Both the position numbers and the translations under genes were made by a program. Of a stretch of 64,000 bases of DNA, positions 29,074 to 38,910 are shown piece by piece (the stretch's first letter is position 1; the number at the start of each line of letters is the position of its first letter). The notes under the pieces are model-generated. The model searched no databases. It was not told the origin of the DNA and saw only the letters and a list, made by a program, of their open reading frames with translations. Source of the stretch: a virus; the IMG/VR virus record IMGVR_UViG_3300036832_000548, positions 18,592-82,591 of that record; one strand, written 5' to 3'.

Positions 29074-29454
29074 ATGATGGCTGTGAACTATTCCAATTCG
29101 ATCAAAGACCAAAGGATGACGGCAGCATTGAACGGCATCGACAACAATGCCGCGCCAGCCTACATCGAGATCTGCACGGCTGCGTTTGCCGCGGTGCTGG
29201 TGACGATCACGCTGGCCAAGCCAAGCTTCACTGAAGCCGCGCAAACGCTCACGATGGCGGGCGCGCCAAAGTCAGGCGTTGCTGGCGGGAACGGCACTGC
29301 TGCGGTCGCCCGTATCAAGGACGGCGGCGGCACGGTGCAGGTCAACAATCTGTCTGTTGGCACGTCAGGCTCTGACATCAATCTCAATAGCGTGGCTATA
29401 AGTTCTGGTCAGACCGTTACGCTTTCTTCGGGGACTGTGACCCACGCGCCGTGA
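29074..29454 (+). CDS. Virion structural protein
   Basis: GTAAVARI..VGTSGSDINLNSVAISSGQTVT pattern; AGGAG RBS. Confidence 0.7.
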   Translation: MMAVNYSNSIKDQRMTAALNGIDNNAAPAYIEICTAAFAAVLVTITLAKPSFTEAAQTLTMAGAPKSGVAGGNGTAAVARIKDGGGTVQVNNLSVGTSGSDINLNSVAISSGQTVTLSSGTVTHAP

Positions 29455-29466
29455 TAGAGTTACCGA

Positions 29467-30168
29467 ATGGGCGAAACAAAAATAGAGCGTCACCGTCGTC
29501 AATGCCGCGAAGCTACACGCCGATGGCGCGCACGGCACAAAGCGGGCATGCCAAAGCGCATCATGCAGGCTGCACCGGAGGGAATCGCACTGTATCCGAT
29601 CCCCGGTTACAGCAATTACATGATTGATGATGATGGCATCTTATATTCGCGGTTACCATTTCACGCGCCGCGAATAGAAGATGGCAACTTTGTCCCGTGG
29701 CGCGTTGTCCCGCTGAATAGATCGTTAAGAAAAGGGGCGAATGGTCACAACTATTTCACGGTGAGAATACGCGCCGATGCTGAGAAAAAACGAAAGCGCG
29801 TCTTAGTGCATCGGCTGGCAGCACTGGCATTCCTTGGTCCGCGTCCGACCGGAATGTTTGTTGCGCATGAACAACTAGGATTTGAAAATAATTCGCGTGC
29901 TAATCTGTCCTACAAAACGCCTAAACAAAACAAAGCAGATGAGCTTAGAGACGGCACGCGCTATCAGGGCGAAGAGCATCATGAAGTGCGGATACATAAT
30001 GCCATCTGGCCGGAGCTAGTGGTTCGATGGAATGCGGGCATAGAACGTAAATCGGATATTTGTCGCGAGTACAAGATCAGCCATCAGGCCGTGAGGCGTC
30101 GATTGGCGCGTGAAAATCCATACAGCAGGCCGGACTTCGCGGGTGCATTTGAAGGATTAGTAACATGA
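29467..30168 (+). CDS. HNH homing endonuclease (NUMOD4/HNH_3-like)
   Basis: IPGYSNY; VHRLAALAFLGPRP..H..NNSRANLSYKTPKQN. Confidence 0.85.
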   Translation: MGETKIERHRRQCREATRRWRARHKAGMPKRIMQAAPEGIALYPIPGYSNYMIDDDGILYSRLPFHAPRIEDGNFVPWRVVPLNRSLRKGANGHNYFTVRIRADAEKKRKRVLVHRLAALAFLGPRPTGMFVAHEQLGFENNSRANLSYKTPKQNKADELRDGTRYQGEEHHEVRIHNAIWPELVVRWNAGIERKSDICREYKISHQAVRRRLARENPYSRPDFAGAFEGLVT

Positions 30169-30332
30169 CGTTCGAACAAGAACTCAAGGCAGCAATCGAC
30201 CAACATCGCGGCGAAGGCTTCGAAAAGCTGCGGGCCGTAGTCGATGCGATCTTCGCCAAGCATGGTCGCGAGATCCCGCAACCGATCACCGGCACCATTG
30301 AGACAGTTGACCCTGGCGATAGGCTGCAATGA
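30165..30332 (+). CDS. Small hypothetical protein
   Basis: ATGA overlaps on both sides. Confidence 0.5.
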   Translation: MTFEQELKAAIDQHRGEGFEKLRAVVDAIFAKHGREIPQPITGTIETVDPGDRLQ

Positions 30333-30736
30333 CTCAGCAAACGATCGGCATTGGTTCCGCGCCCAACGACGGCACCGGCGATCCGGTTAGAACTGCGTTC
30401 GACAAGTGCAATAAAAATTTCACTGAGCTCTATCAGACCCAGCGGCGCGTCACGTCCTCGCCCATCACGATTACATCGACTGATGCGATCATAAATTGCA
30501 ACATCAGCAGCGGCTCGCCTACTTGTACCTTGCCGCCATCCGCCTCGCGCGGAGGCCTGCCGCTCATCTTCAAGGATGTCGGGGGTCATTTCGCCGCTAA
30601 CAACCTGACCATCACTGCGGCAGCTAGCGAATTTATCGACGGGCTGACCACCATCGTACTCAGCACGAATTACCAGAGGCTGAAGCTGCTTCCAGTCAAT
30701 GACGGCGTTGGAGTGGGGTGGATCATTGACCAATGA
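30329..30736 (+). CDS. Fibre/baseplate-associated protein
   Basis: IGIGSAPNDGTGDPVRTAFDKCNKNFTELY N-terminal motif; C-terminal domain paralogous to the end of 23504-24904. Confidence 0.75.
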   Translation: MTQQTIGIGSAPNDGTGDPVRTAFDKCNKNFTELYQTQRRVTSSPITITSTDAIINCNISSGSPTCTLPPSASRGGLPLIFKDVGGHFAANNLTITAAASEFIDGLTTIVLSTNYQRLKLLPVNDGVGVGWIIDQ

Positions 30737-33519
30737 CATTCCCAACTGCCGATCTCACAACGATCACGGCAGACAGAACTGATTTCACTGCCGACGCTTC
30801 CGTTACGCTAACTGCCGACACGACGAAATTCACGGCGGATAGCACCAGCATATCCGCCGATATGATCATGCTGCCGGGTGCCGTGGGCACACTGGCGGCG
30901 ACGGAAGCGGCAGACGGCGCGACATTTGCTGGTGCGGTTGCGTGGCCGGTCATCACCGGCACGTTGGTCGCAACCGACGTTGCTGATGGCGCAGCATTCA
31001 GCGCAACGTCAGTCACGCTCGGGGCATTGGCGGCGACTGAGAGCAGCGACACTGCGGCATTTTCCGGTGCGGCGGCTACTCTTGGATCGCTAGCGGCGAC
31101 AGACGCTAGTGACGCCACGACGTTCGCCGGTCAAGTCGCTTGGCTCGGAACAATCGCCGCGACGGAAGGCGCGGATACCAGCACATTCTCTGGCATCATC
31201 GGATTGCTCGGCTCGCTGGCGGCTGAAGAGATCGATGATGCGGCAAGTTTCACCGGCTCTGCAGTTACGTTTGGATCGTTCGCTGCGAACGAGGCTATCG
31301 ATACCGCAGCGTTTGCTGGCACTGCCGTCACGCTCGGCAGCTTTGCGCTCACTGAAGATGTCGACACGGCGGATTTCGCGGGCGGTCTCGTTGGCCTCTC
31401 GACGCTGACGGCACAGGAAGGCCCGGATAGTGCTGCGGTCAGCGGCCAGGTCGAATGGTTCGTAACTCTAACGGCGACGGAAGGCGCGGATAGCGGTTCG
31501 TTTGCGGGTCTGACCGGTCTGCTTGGTTCGCTCGCGGCGACTGACGATCTCGATACGGCGGCAATCGACGGCGCGGTTGATTGGCAGCTCGAACTCGCGG
31601 CTGTTGAGGGCTCTGACGCTGCAGCGTTCAGCGGGCAGAGCGAATGGATCGCCACCCTAGCCGCGACTGAAGGCGCGGACGTTGCGGCCTTTGTCGTATC
31701 GTCAGCGTTCAGCGGCATCCTCGCCGCGACTGATGATCTCGACACCGCAGTGTTCAGCGGACTTGCTGGTGCGATCGGCCAGGTCGCGGCGGTCGAGGCG
31801 GGCGACAGCGCGTCGTTCAGCGGCCAAGTCGAAACCGTTGTGGCGCTGGCCGCGACGGAGGACGCAGATGCAGCCGCGTTCGCTGGCGAGCTGGTCTGGG
31901 CCGGGACGCTGGCAGCGGTTGAAGCCAGCGATATCGTGGCCTTCGCTGGCGGGATCTCAACGGCCGGCGCGTTGGCGGCGACTGAGGACATCGATACCGC
32001 AGCGTTCTCCGGTTCTGGCTATCTGATCTATGCCAGCCTCGCCGCCACAGACGCGGTCGATGCTGCGGCATTCAGCGGACTGGCTGGTGTGCTGGGATCG
32101 CTGACGGCGCTCGAGGGCGCTGATCAGGCGACGTTCGCGGTCACAGCCACATGGCTTGGCACGCTGGCCGCGACTGAGCGCGCTGACGACGCCTATTTCC
32201 CCGGCGAGTCGATTACGTTTGGCACGGTCGCCGCGACTGACGGGCAAGACGCGCCGTCCTTCAGCGGCACGGTCGCATGGCAAGGTGCCCTTGCTGCGGC
32301 AGAGATTGGCGACCGTGCGGGATTTGCCGGTCAAGCGGCCTTTCTAGCCACGCTGGCTGCAATCGAGCTGCCAGACGCCGCCAGCCTCACGGGCGCGGTA
32401 GCGTGGCTGGGCACGCTGGCCGCTCAGGAGGCGGCGACCGATACAGCCTCGATCCAGGGGCTTGTAAGCGCCTACGGTGCGCTAGCTGCCAACGAGGCAG
32501 GCGACAGGGCCAGCCTAACCGCCAGCGTGCAGACCCTCGGGTCTCTGGCAGCAACGGAACTCCGTGACACCGCTGCGTTCAGTTCGCAGGTCGGGGTCAG
32601 CGGAACCCTAGCGGCGAATGAGACCGCCAGCGACACTGCCAGTTTCGGGCTGTCTGCCCAAACGCTCGGTGTCATAAGCGCGATTGAAGCAGCCGGTGAT
32701 GCCGCCGCGTTCAGCGGGGAGGCTGGTCGCGTCGGCACGCTGGCCGCGACTGAGACGACGGTCGATGCCGCGCAGTTTCAGGGTCAAGTCGTTTGGGTCG
32801 CCACGCTGGCGGCGGTCGATGGTCCCGACAGCGCGCAGCTTGCGGGGCGCGTTACCTGGTTCGCCACTCTGGCGGCGAACGAAGGTCCTGACGCCGCCAG
32901 CTTCAGTGTCACCCTCGGATGGCTGGGTGCGCTCGCCGCGCATGAGGCGCCTGACAGCGCCAGCATCACGGCTGTTGCCCAGACGTTTGCAACGCTCGAG
33001 GCGGTCGAGCGTCCAGACAGCGCGGCGATATACGGCATAGCCGGCATAGTCGGTTCGCTCAATGCGCACGAAGCGCCCGACACATTTCAGGCCAGCGCGG
33101 TGGCCGGCGCGATCGGCGCGCTCGCCGCGCTCGAGGCACCGGATCGCGCGAGCTTCACGTCAGCTGACGTTCAGACGGTTCAGTTCGTTGCAAGGAAAAT
33201 CCCGCTCGATGTCACGGTCACCGTCAAGCCACGGATTGTCGCCGTCGTCAGGCAGGTCGACACGGCGTGGCAAACCAATGTCACAGCGTCAGGCTATAGC
33301 GATGCTGTTCAAAGCAAGCAAACGCGCATCACGGCGACCAATCGGCAGACTGAGTTTACTGGCCAGAGCACGCCGCTCGATAATGTTATTACGTTCAAAC
33401 CAAGCGGCCTGAGTTCTACAAGCAAAAAGATCGGCGCAACTGCCGACATGAAGATCACTGCATCTGGCTATCAGGCGACGGCGCAAGGCAAGCGGACGGG
33501 GTGGAAAGGAAAGCCATGA
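30733..33519 (+). CDS. Long tandem-repeat structural protein (about 23-aa GxLAATExxDxAxFxG repeats)
   Basis: More than 30 imperfect repeats visible in translation. Confidence 0.8.
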   Translation: MTFPTADLTTITADRTDFTADASVTLTADTTKFTADSTSISADMIMLPGAVGTLAATEAADGATFAGAVAWPVITGTLVATDVADGAAFSATSVTLGALAATESSDTAAFSGAAATLGSLAATDASDATTFAGQVAWLGTIAATEGADTSTFSGIIGLLGSLAAEEIDDAASFTGSAVTFGSFAANEAIDTAAFAGTAVTLGSFALTEDVDTADFAGGLVGLSTLTAQEGPDSAAVSGQVEWFVTLTATEGADSGSFAGLTGLLGSLAATDDLDTAAIDGAVDWQLELAAVEGSDAAAFSGQSEWIATLAATEGADVAAFVVSSAFSGILAATDDLDTAVFSGLAGAIGQVAAVEAGDSASFSGQVETVVALAATEDADAAAFAGELVWAGTLAAVEASDIVAFAGGISTAGALAATEDIDTAAFSGSGYLIYASLAATDAVDAAAFSGLAGVLGSLTALEGADQATFAVTATWLGTLAATERADDAYFPGESITFGTVAATDGQDAPSFSGTVAWQGALAAAEIGDRAGFAGQAAFLATLAAIELPDAASLTGAVAWLGTLAAQEAATDTASIQGLVSAYGALAANEAGDRASLTASVQTLGSLAATELRDTAAFSSQVGVSGTLAANETASDTASFGLSAQTLGVISAIEAAGDAAAFSGEAGRVGTLAATETTVDAAQFQGQVVWVATLAAVDGPDSAQLAGRVTWFATLAANEGPDAASFSVTLGWLGALAAHEAPDSASITAVAQTFATLEAVERPDSAAIYGIAGIVGSLNAHEAPDTFQASAVAGAIGALAALEAPDRASFTSADVQTVQFVARKIPLDVTVTVKPRIVAVVRQVDTAWQTNVTASGYSDAVQSKQTRITATNRQTEFTGQSTPLDNVITFKPSGLSSTSKKIGATADMKITASGYQATAQGKRTGWKGKP

Positions 33520-33534
33520 GCATCGAGGGCGCAT
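33516..33534 (+). repeat. 19-bp direct repeat, copy 2
   Basis: Identical to 29033-29051. Confidence 0.85.
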
Positions 33535-33731
33535 TGCCGCCGCATCCGCCACCGCTCGAGCCCACGCCTTCGTATGCGATCAAGGAGCTGCTCACTGAGG
33601 CGAAAATCAGTGCGCTCAACGAAGGTCTCGCTGACCAGGGCGTCACGCCGGATCAGATCATTTCTATTCAGTACAGGCGTATGCATGGAAGCGCGCGTTA
33701 CCACGTCTTCTACAAAGGAACACAGACATGA
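33516..33731 (+). CDS. Small hypothetical protein
   Basis: ATGA overlaps with both neighbours. Confidence 0.55.
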   Translation: MSIEGALPPHPPPLEPTPSYAIKELLTEAKISALNEGLADQGVTPDQIISIQYRRMHGSARYHVFYKGTQT

Positions 33732-35011
33732 GCAAAGCTATCGCCATCAGCTCTGGCCATGCGCAGGATGTGCCAGGCGCATCAGGCGAATGCGACGAGG
33801 TCACAGAAGCCCGCAAAATTGTCGACCGCGTCCATGAACTGCTGCAGCAAGCAAACGTGCCGTGCGTCAAGTTCCACGATAACGAATCGCAATCGCAGTC
33901 AGAAAATTTAGACGCCATAGTATCCTGGCATAATCAGCAGGACCGGCAGAGAGACATCAGCGTCCACCTAAATGCTGGAGGCAATGATGGTCCAATGGGC
34001 TGTGAGGTGCTTTGGGTCACGCAGGAAGAACTCGCTGGCGAGATCTCCGCGGCTATCGCAGCTGCAGGTCATCTCAAAAACAGAGGGCCGAAGGAACGCA
34101 CTGATCTGGCGTTCCTGAACGGGACCGACATGCCTAGTTGCTTGCTCGAGGTAATATTTTGCGATAGCAGTGCCGACACTGAGTTGCTGAACGAGCACCA
34201 TGAAGCGATCTGCGTTGCGATTGCGGAGAGCATCGCTGACGTGAGGCTCGAGCAACAGCCACCAGCAGAGAGGCCACCAATCGATATGCCAGATCGGCCA
34301 CCGCCCGAACCCGCTGAGGAGCAAAGCCGCGTCAATATCGTGGGCCGCGCGCAGGGAGATGTTCAAGTCACCATCAACGGCGTCGTCGTCTATGGGCACG
34401 GTCGACGGGGGCGCGGTCAGCGTTGTCCGAATAGGGTGGACATGGTCGCCACGATGCAGGGTGATGTCATCGTCGTGCTGAACGGCGAAGAGTTTCACAA
34501 CAAACCTGTCGCTATCCCGCCAGAGCCGCCGCCTGACGAACTCCAACCGGAGATCAAAGCGAACCACAAGAACGTATTCGCGACCACGTTCGGCGGCGAA
34601 GCGGACAACGAACACAGTGCCTATCCACCCTATGACAGCGACGGCATGGGCGAGTATTTGGACGATGAGAGCTTCTATGTATCGCTGCCAGTTGCTGTCG
34701 ACGATGCGGAGGACCGCGAGCGCGGGGTCACGGTGTTCAATCGCGCGAACGGCAAGAGCGCGCCGGCGCCGGTGAAGGACAAGGGACCATGGGTTATCAA
34801 TGACGATGCGTATGTGTTTGGTGACGAGCGACCGATCGCGGAGCAATGCTACAACGATCATGAGCCGCTGCCGCAGGGATCAGGAAATAACGCTGGGAAG
34901 ATCCCGGCGAATCCCGCTGGCATCGATCTGTCGCCGGGACTGATGAAAGAACTCGGGATGACCGACAACGGCCCAGTTGATTGGCGCTGGAACGAGGCTG
35001 AGATCGCCTAA
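33728..35011 (+). CDS. Endolysin: N-acetylmuramoyl-L-alanine amidase (Amidase_3) plus RlpA/DPBB-like C-terminal domain
   Basis: ISSGH..E, ISVHLNA, LLEV Zn-amidase motifs; ATTFGG..VKDKGPW..IDLSP. Confidence 0.85.
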   Translation: MSKAIAISSGHAQDVPGASGECDEVTEARKIVDRVHELLQQANVPCVKFHDNESQSQSENLDAIVSWHNQQDRQRDISVHLNAGGNDGPMGCEVLWVTQEELAGEISAAIAAAGHLKNRGPKERTDLAFLNGTDMPSCLLEVIFCDSSADTELLNEHHEAICVAIAESIADVRLEQQPPAERPPIDMPDRPPPEPAEEQSRVNIVGRAQGDVQVTINGVVVYGHGRRGRGQRCPNRVDMVATMQGDVIVVLNGEEFHNKPVAIPPEPPPDELQPEIKANHKNVFATTFGGEADNEHSAYPPYDSDGMGEYLDDESFYVSLPVAVDDAEDRERGVTVFNRANGKSAPAPVKDKGPWVINDDAYVFGDERPIAEQCYNDHEPLPQGSGNNAGKIPANPAGIDLSPGLMKELGMTDNGPVDWRWNEAEIA

Positions 35012-35123
35012 GTTCTGTTGACAACCAAGTGTTGCGCTATTGACGAACTGTCACAAGCGCGTAGCAATCACTAGCGTAACGTCAGACTCGTTTACCAACC
35101 AACCCAAAAGGAGCTTGACCGCG

Positions 35124-35777
35124 ATGAATCCTTTCCTCGCTATGATTATTCCCGTCAGTGGTGCTGGTGGTCCGGTTGATCCGGGGTTCGGCGTGCCCGG
35201 TTGGCCCGCGCATCCGATCGCACCGGGCGGCCCACCGGGGGTGCCGACACACCCGTGGGTTCCGCCAATGCCGCCAACGTGGGGCGGACGACCACCTCCC
35301 GGTTACATTTCTGGTGGTCCCGGATCGCTGCCGGGTGTCCCGCCTGGAACATGGGGCGGGGTTGCGCCGCCGTGGGTTGACCATACGCTGCCGGGTGTCC
35401 CGCCTGGAACATGGGGTGGAGTCGCGCCGCCGTGGGTTGACCACACGCTGCCCGGATGGCAACCACATCCGTCACATCCGATCGCGCCCGGTGGTGGTCA
35501 ACCTCCCGGCATTTGGGGCGGCCCCGGTTCATTGCCGCCTTGGGCCATGCCGCCGATCTATCTTCCGCCTGACGAAACGCCACCAGAGCCTGGTTCTGGC
35601 AATTCGCCAGCACATCCGATTTACATCCCGCCCCCGCACGGACAGCAGCCGGGTGGCGGCAAGTTCTTGGTCCATGTTTTTGTGCCGGGTGTCGGCGGTG
35701 TGTGGTTCCTAATCGAAGCGCCGCCAGCTCCAGCGCATCCGATTGTTGAACCGCCTCCAACGGGACCGAAGGCCTGA
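35124..35777 (+). CDS. Proline-rich protein with PxHPI motifs
   Basis: AGGAG RBS; 60-nt near-perfect tandem duplication at about 35327-35452. Confidence 0.7.
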   Translation: MNPFLAMIIPVSGAGGPVDPGFGVPGWPAHPIAPGGPPGVPTHPWVPPMPPTWGGRPPPGYISGGPGSLPGVPPGTWGGVAPPWVDHTLPGVPPGTWGGVAPPWVDHTLPGWQPHPSHPIAPGGGQPPGIWGGPGSLPPWAMPPIYLPPDETPPEPGSGNSPAHPIYIPPPHGQQPGGGKFLVHVFVPGVGGVWFLIEAPPAPAHPIVEPPPTGPKA

Positions 35778-35843
35778 ACACGACGGGACGAGCGGCAAGA
35801 ACGGCGGGATGACCGTCGTGCCGCCCGCCGCGACTGAGGTAAT

Positions 35844-35880
35844 AAAAAAGCGGGGCACCGACATGGTGCCCCGCATTATT
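35844..35880. terminator. Intrinsic terminator between convergent genes
   Basis: A6-GCGGGGCACC/GGTGCCCCGC hairpin. Confidence 0.7.
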
Positions 35881-36336
35881 TCATTCTGATTTTCTCGCTT
35901 CCATCTCAGCCTTGAAATCATCAGGCGTTCGCCGCGTCTTCCGTTTCGGCTCAGCCCCATCAGCCCTTGCAGGTCCGGGTGGGGCGGGAGGGGAACCGGC
36001 CTCGGTTGTGTTCCCCGAGGTCGGTTTCTTCTTCCTGCGCAACGACGGGACCTCGTCATTCAGCGGAGCCTCGACCGTCTTAGCGGCGATCGCCGTGATC
36101 AGCGCCGGCACTGCTGATGCGGTTGGGCCTCCATTGTGGGTGGCGATAGTCAGGCGGTCGAGCTTGTCGAGCCGCTTGCTGCTGCGGGTCACGGTACGGA
36201 TCTGGGCGTCGATCCGCTTTTCCTGCCGGACGAATGCCGCGAGCATTTTTTCCCGCTTGTCTCGCATCCGGTTCAGAAGGGCCACCTCGGCATTGTGTTT
36301 CCGTCGGGCACGTTCTAGTCTTGGACTGTCGGTCAT
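35881..36336 (-). CDS. Basic coiled-coil hypothetical protein
   Basis: AAGGA RBS; upstream hairpin at 36371-36400. Confidence 0.6.
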   Translation of the reverse strand: MTDSPRLERARRKHNAEVALLNRMRDKREKMLAAFVRQEKRIDAQIRTVTRSSKRLDKLDRLTIATHNGGPTASAVPALITAIAAKTVEAPLNDEVPSLRRKKKPTSGNTTEAGSPPAPPGPARADGAEPKRKTRRTPDDFKAEMEARKSE

Positions 36337-36579
36337 GATTGATATCCTTAGAAGGTTGGTTGCAGACCCCACCCCGGCTGGTTGACGCCCAGCCGGGGTT
36401 TCTTTGCTTTCCGATTTACATTTCAAAAAGCCCGGTCATTAACGACCGTGAGATAGAGTCTAGCACACGCGATTCCGCGTTCAGTTAGTTAGAAGATGAA
36501 TAGCAAACACTTAGCTCGGCGCGGTGTTTGATGTTGTTGATGAAAATACTTTCTAAAAATACCGTTTTGGAATTTCGGC

Positions 36580-36690
36580 ATGGATCGCGGCACCCGCAAC
36601 GCAGCCATCATTTTCCTGATCGTCGTCGCGATCCTAGTCGCGATGTGGTTTATCGGTGCGTATGTCTGGAACGGAGGAGACTACCAATGA
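36580..36690 (+). CDS. Small single-TM protein
   Basis: MDRGTRNAAIIFLIVVAILVAMWFIG; ATGA overlap. Confidence 0.45.
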   Translation: MDRGTRNAAIIFLIVVAILVAMWFIGAYVWNGGDYQ

Positions 36691-36866
36691 CAAGAGGTCT
36701 ACTGTTTTGGGTCGTCTATGTGATCTGCGTCATCGTTTGGCTAGGCGTTAGCTTTGGCGGCTTCGGCGGTCCATACGGCGCGCACCTAGCTGGCGGCAGC
36801 GTCATCGAGTTCATTCTGTTTGGTCTGCTCGGCTGGCAAGTATTTGGTCCGGTCGTTCACGGCTAA
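36687..36866 (+). CDS. Small two-TM membrane protein
   Basis: GGAGGAG RBS; two hydrophobic helices. Confidence 0.65.
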   Translation: MTRGLLFWVVYVICVIVWLGVSFGGFGGPYGAHLAGGSVIEFILFGLLGWQVFGPVVHG

Positions 36867-36912
36867 CGAGTTCCGCGTTACGCTCCGTGGCGCGGAAGAT
36901 TGCCCTCCCCAC

Positions 36913-36943
36913 TAGCCCCGGCTCACACCGGGGCTTTTTTTAT
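36913..36943 (+). terminator. Intrinsic terminator
   Basis: AGCCCCGG/CCGGGGCT hairpin followed by a T run. Confidence 0.75.
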
Positions 36944-37237
36944 TATGATCGCAGCATCCACATGGCGAGCCCAAACAATGCCGCGCCGAGTGACATGCCT
37001 ATGATGGCGATTGCCACGCCAAGCAGCATGAGTTGCCAGCCCTGGCGGCGGTTCATCCAACTGTCAATCCGCCCGATTGGTATTCGTTTGCTCATTGGTG
37101 GTGGATGTGCTGCATGAAGAGGTCACGCTTCGCGATCTCCATGAAGACCGCGCGCGTATCCTGCGGCAGCGGATTGAGCTTGGCCCAGCTCACCATCACG
37201 ACGGCGAAGACGAGCGGCAGCAGCACGGTGAGCCGGG

Positions 37238-37459
37238 TCATTTTGCCCATTTTGGCCGCTTGAGTTCGCCACTCGCCAGATCGATCAGAGCCGTGCCTAT
37301 CTTGGCGGCTTGCTCGCGCGGGATCAGCCAAGTGATCGTCATGTGCTCTGGGTGTTGCATACTCAGAAAAATGTGCTCGGACCCATCGAACATCACCTTG
37401 CCGACCTTCCAGCGCGGATCGAGTATGGCTTGCAGTATCTTTTCGTCATTGATGCTCAT
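37238..37459 (-). CDS. Hypothetical protein
   Basis: ATGA overlap with the upstream gene. Confidence 0.5.
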   Translation of the reverse strand: MSINDEKILQAILDPRWKVGKVMFDGSEHIFLSMQHPEHMTITWLIPREQAAKIGTALIDLASGELKRPKWAK

Positions 37460-37710
37460 GTGGTTCCTAAGCTCATCAGTTCATCTGCAAGCTTTTCCAT
37501 GAGCTTGCTGACCTCGCGTATCCTGCGTGCGGTCATTCGCAGGTTCAACCTGTGATCAGGTCTGCTGACCAACGCCGCGAATCGTTCCGCCTCTTTCCGG
37601 CTCTTAAATGTTTTGATCCGGCGTTTGCCATCAGCGTCAGTCCAATTAACGATCATCGCTATGCTGCGCACACCTTTGCTATTGTACCATGTACGCTCGC
37701 GGATGCTCAT
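37456..37710 (-). CDS. Stand-alone integrase arm-binding-like domain protein
   Basis: MSIRERTW..IVNWTDADGKRRIKTFKSRKEAERF resembles tyrosine-integrase N-termini. Confidence 0.55.
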   Translation of the reverse strand: MSIRERTWYNSKGVRSIAMIVNWTDADGKRRIKTFKSRKEAERFAALVSRPDHRLNLRMTARRIREVSKLMEKLADELMSLGTT

Positions 37711-37947
37711 TATGGCCGCATGGTTCGCGTTGTTCGATAGACGCCGTGGCCGACTTTGACCACAACGCCGTTGCGTCGAAGCGTGCGCAGCGTAGGAAAT
37801 TCAATCCCCTTAGCGCGTGCGCTTCCGCGTAGTTCGCGCCATTGCACCCATCGGAATTTTTGTGGTTGGACTCGTTTCATGGATTTCCCTTTGCCTTCCA
37901 CCCAGATCTTTGGCTAGTGTCGGCCCTCCTGTCAACTGGAGGTTGCC

Positions 37948-38367
37948 TTGCGCGCTTACCTGATCGACCCTGCCCTGCATCGGATCTCGGACATCGAGCT
38001 TAACGACCGGGACATTGTCGGGGATATGCACCGGATAATTGGTGCGGTGACGCTCGACAAATTAAAGATTAGTGACGCCGGCGACCGCATGTGGTGCGAT
38101 GACGGCGTGCTCGCTCGAGGTGTTCCCTGTTTCGCATTCAAGCTAAGGGGCAACGGACCCTTCGGCGGCAAGTGCATCATCATCGGACATGACAGACAGG
38201 GCGACGAGCGCGCTCCAGTCGTTCCGCTGGAAATGATTGAGAACGACGTTGATTGGCTCGATGAAATCGTCCCGGAAATCGTCTGGCTCCAAGAGCCCGC
38301 AACGGTCTTCGGGAAAGAGGGCACCCGGTTCCACAGCGTCGTCACCTACTCGCGCAAAAAAACCTAA
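37948..38367 (+). CDS. Hypothetical protein (DUF3846-like)
   Basis: MRAYLIDP..WCDDG..PFGGKCIIIG; GGAGG RBS. Confidence 0.6.
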   Translation: MRAYLIDPALHRISDIELNDRDIVGDMHRIIGAVTLDKLKISDAGDRMWCDDGVLARGVPCFAFKLRGNGPFGGKCIIIGHDRQGDERAPVVPLEMIENDVDWLDEIVPEIVWLQEPATVFGKEGTRFHSVVTYSRKKT

Positions 38368-38532
38368 AATGAAGCAGCGTAAGTTGCAGCTCCCGATGGT
38401 CGACGGCAGCTTAGTGGTGTGCGCGCGTTGTACGTTTCGCGCCGCCAGTCATTACATTGTGGAGATGGTTAGCGGCAGTTCAAAATATCGCGTCTTGTGT
38501 TGCCAGTGCTACGAGTGTTCTGAAGGAAAGAA

Positions 38533-38910
38533 ATGCAATCATGTGTAGCTTTTGCGATCAGGTCAGGAACTGGCCGCGCGCCATCGGGCGATGGATGGGA
38601 GATCGTTATGCAAATCCGCAGATTCAGCGACATACCGGAAATCGATTCCGACGAGGGGGCCAAGCAAGCGCAAGCAATCAAGCGGCAAATCAGGCCGCAC
38701 CTGGCCGGCCTTCCGTCAGAGGTTCAGGGAGCAATCCTAGCGGACCTTCTGTCCCTTTGGCTGGCGGGCCACATCGTTCCCGGCAACCGGCGCGAGACTG
38801 ATAGCCTGCGCTCCGTCTTGCTCAGGCAGCACGTCAAGGCGGTGCGGGAGATGATCCCATCGAGCGAGGCGGAAATTTTGGGGAACCTGCCTGTGGCTGG
38901 CAGTGGCTGA
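38533..38910 (+). CDS. Hypothetical protein (start probably at about 38608)
   Basis: LAGLPSEVQGAILADLLSLWLAGH helical pattern. Confidence 0.5.
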   Translation: MQSCVAFAIRSGTGRAPSGDGWEIVMQIRRFSDIPEIDSDEGAKQAQAIKRQIRPHLAGLPSEVQGAILADLLSLWLAGHIVPGNRRETDSLRSVLLRQHVKAVREMIPSSEAEILGNLPVAGSG

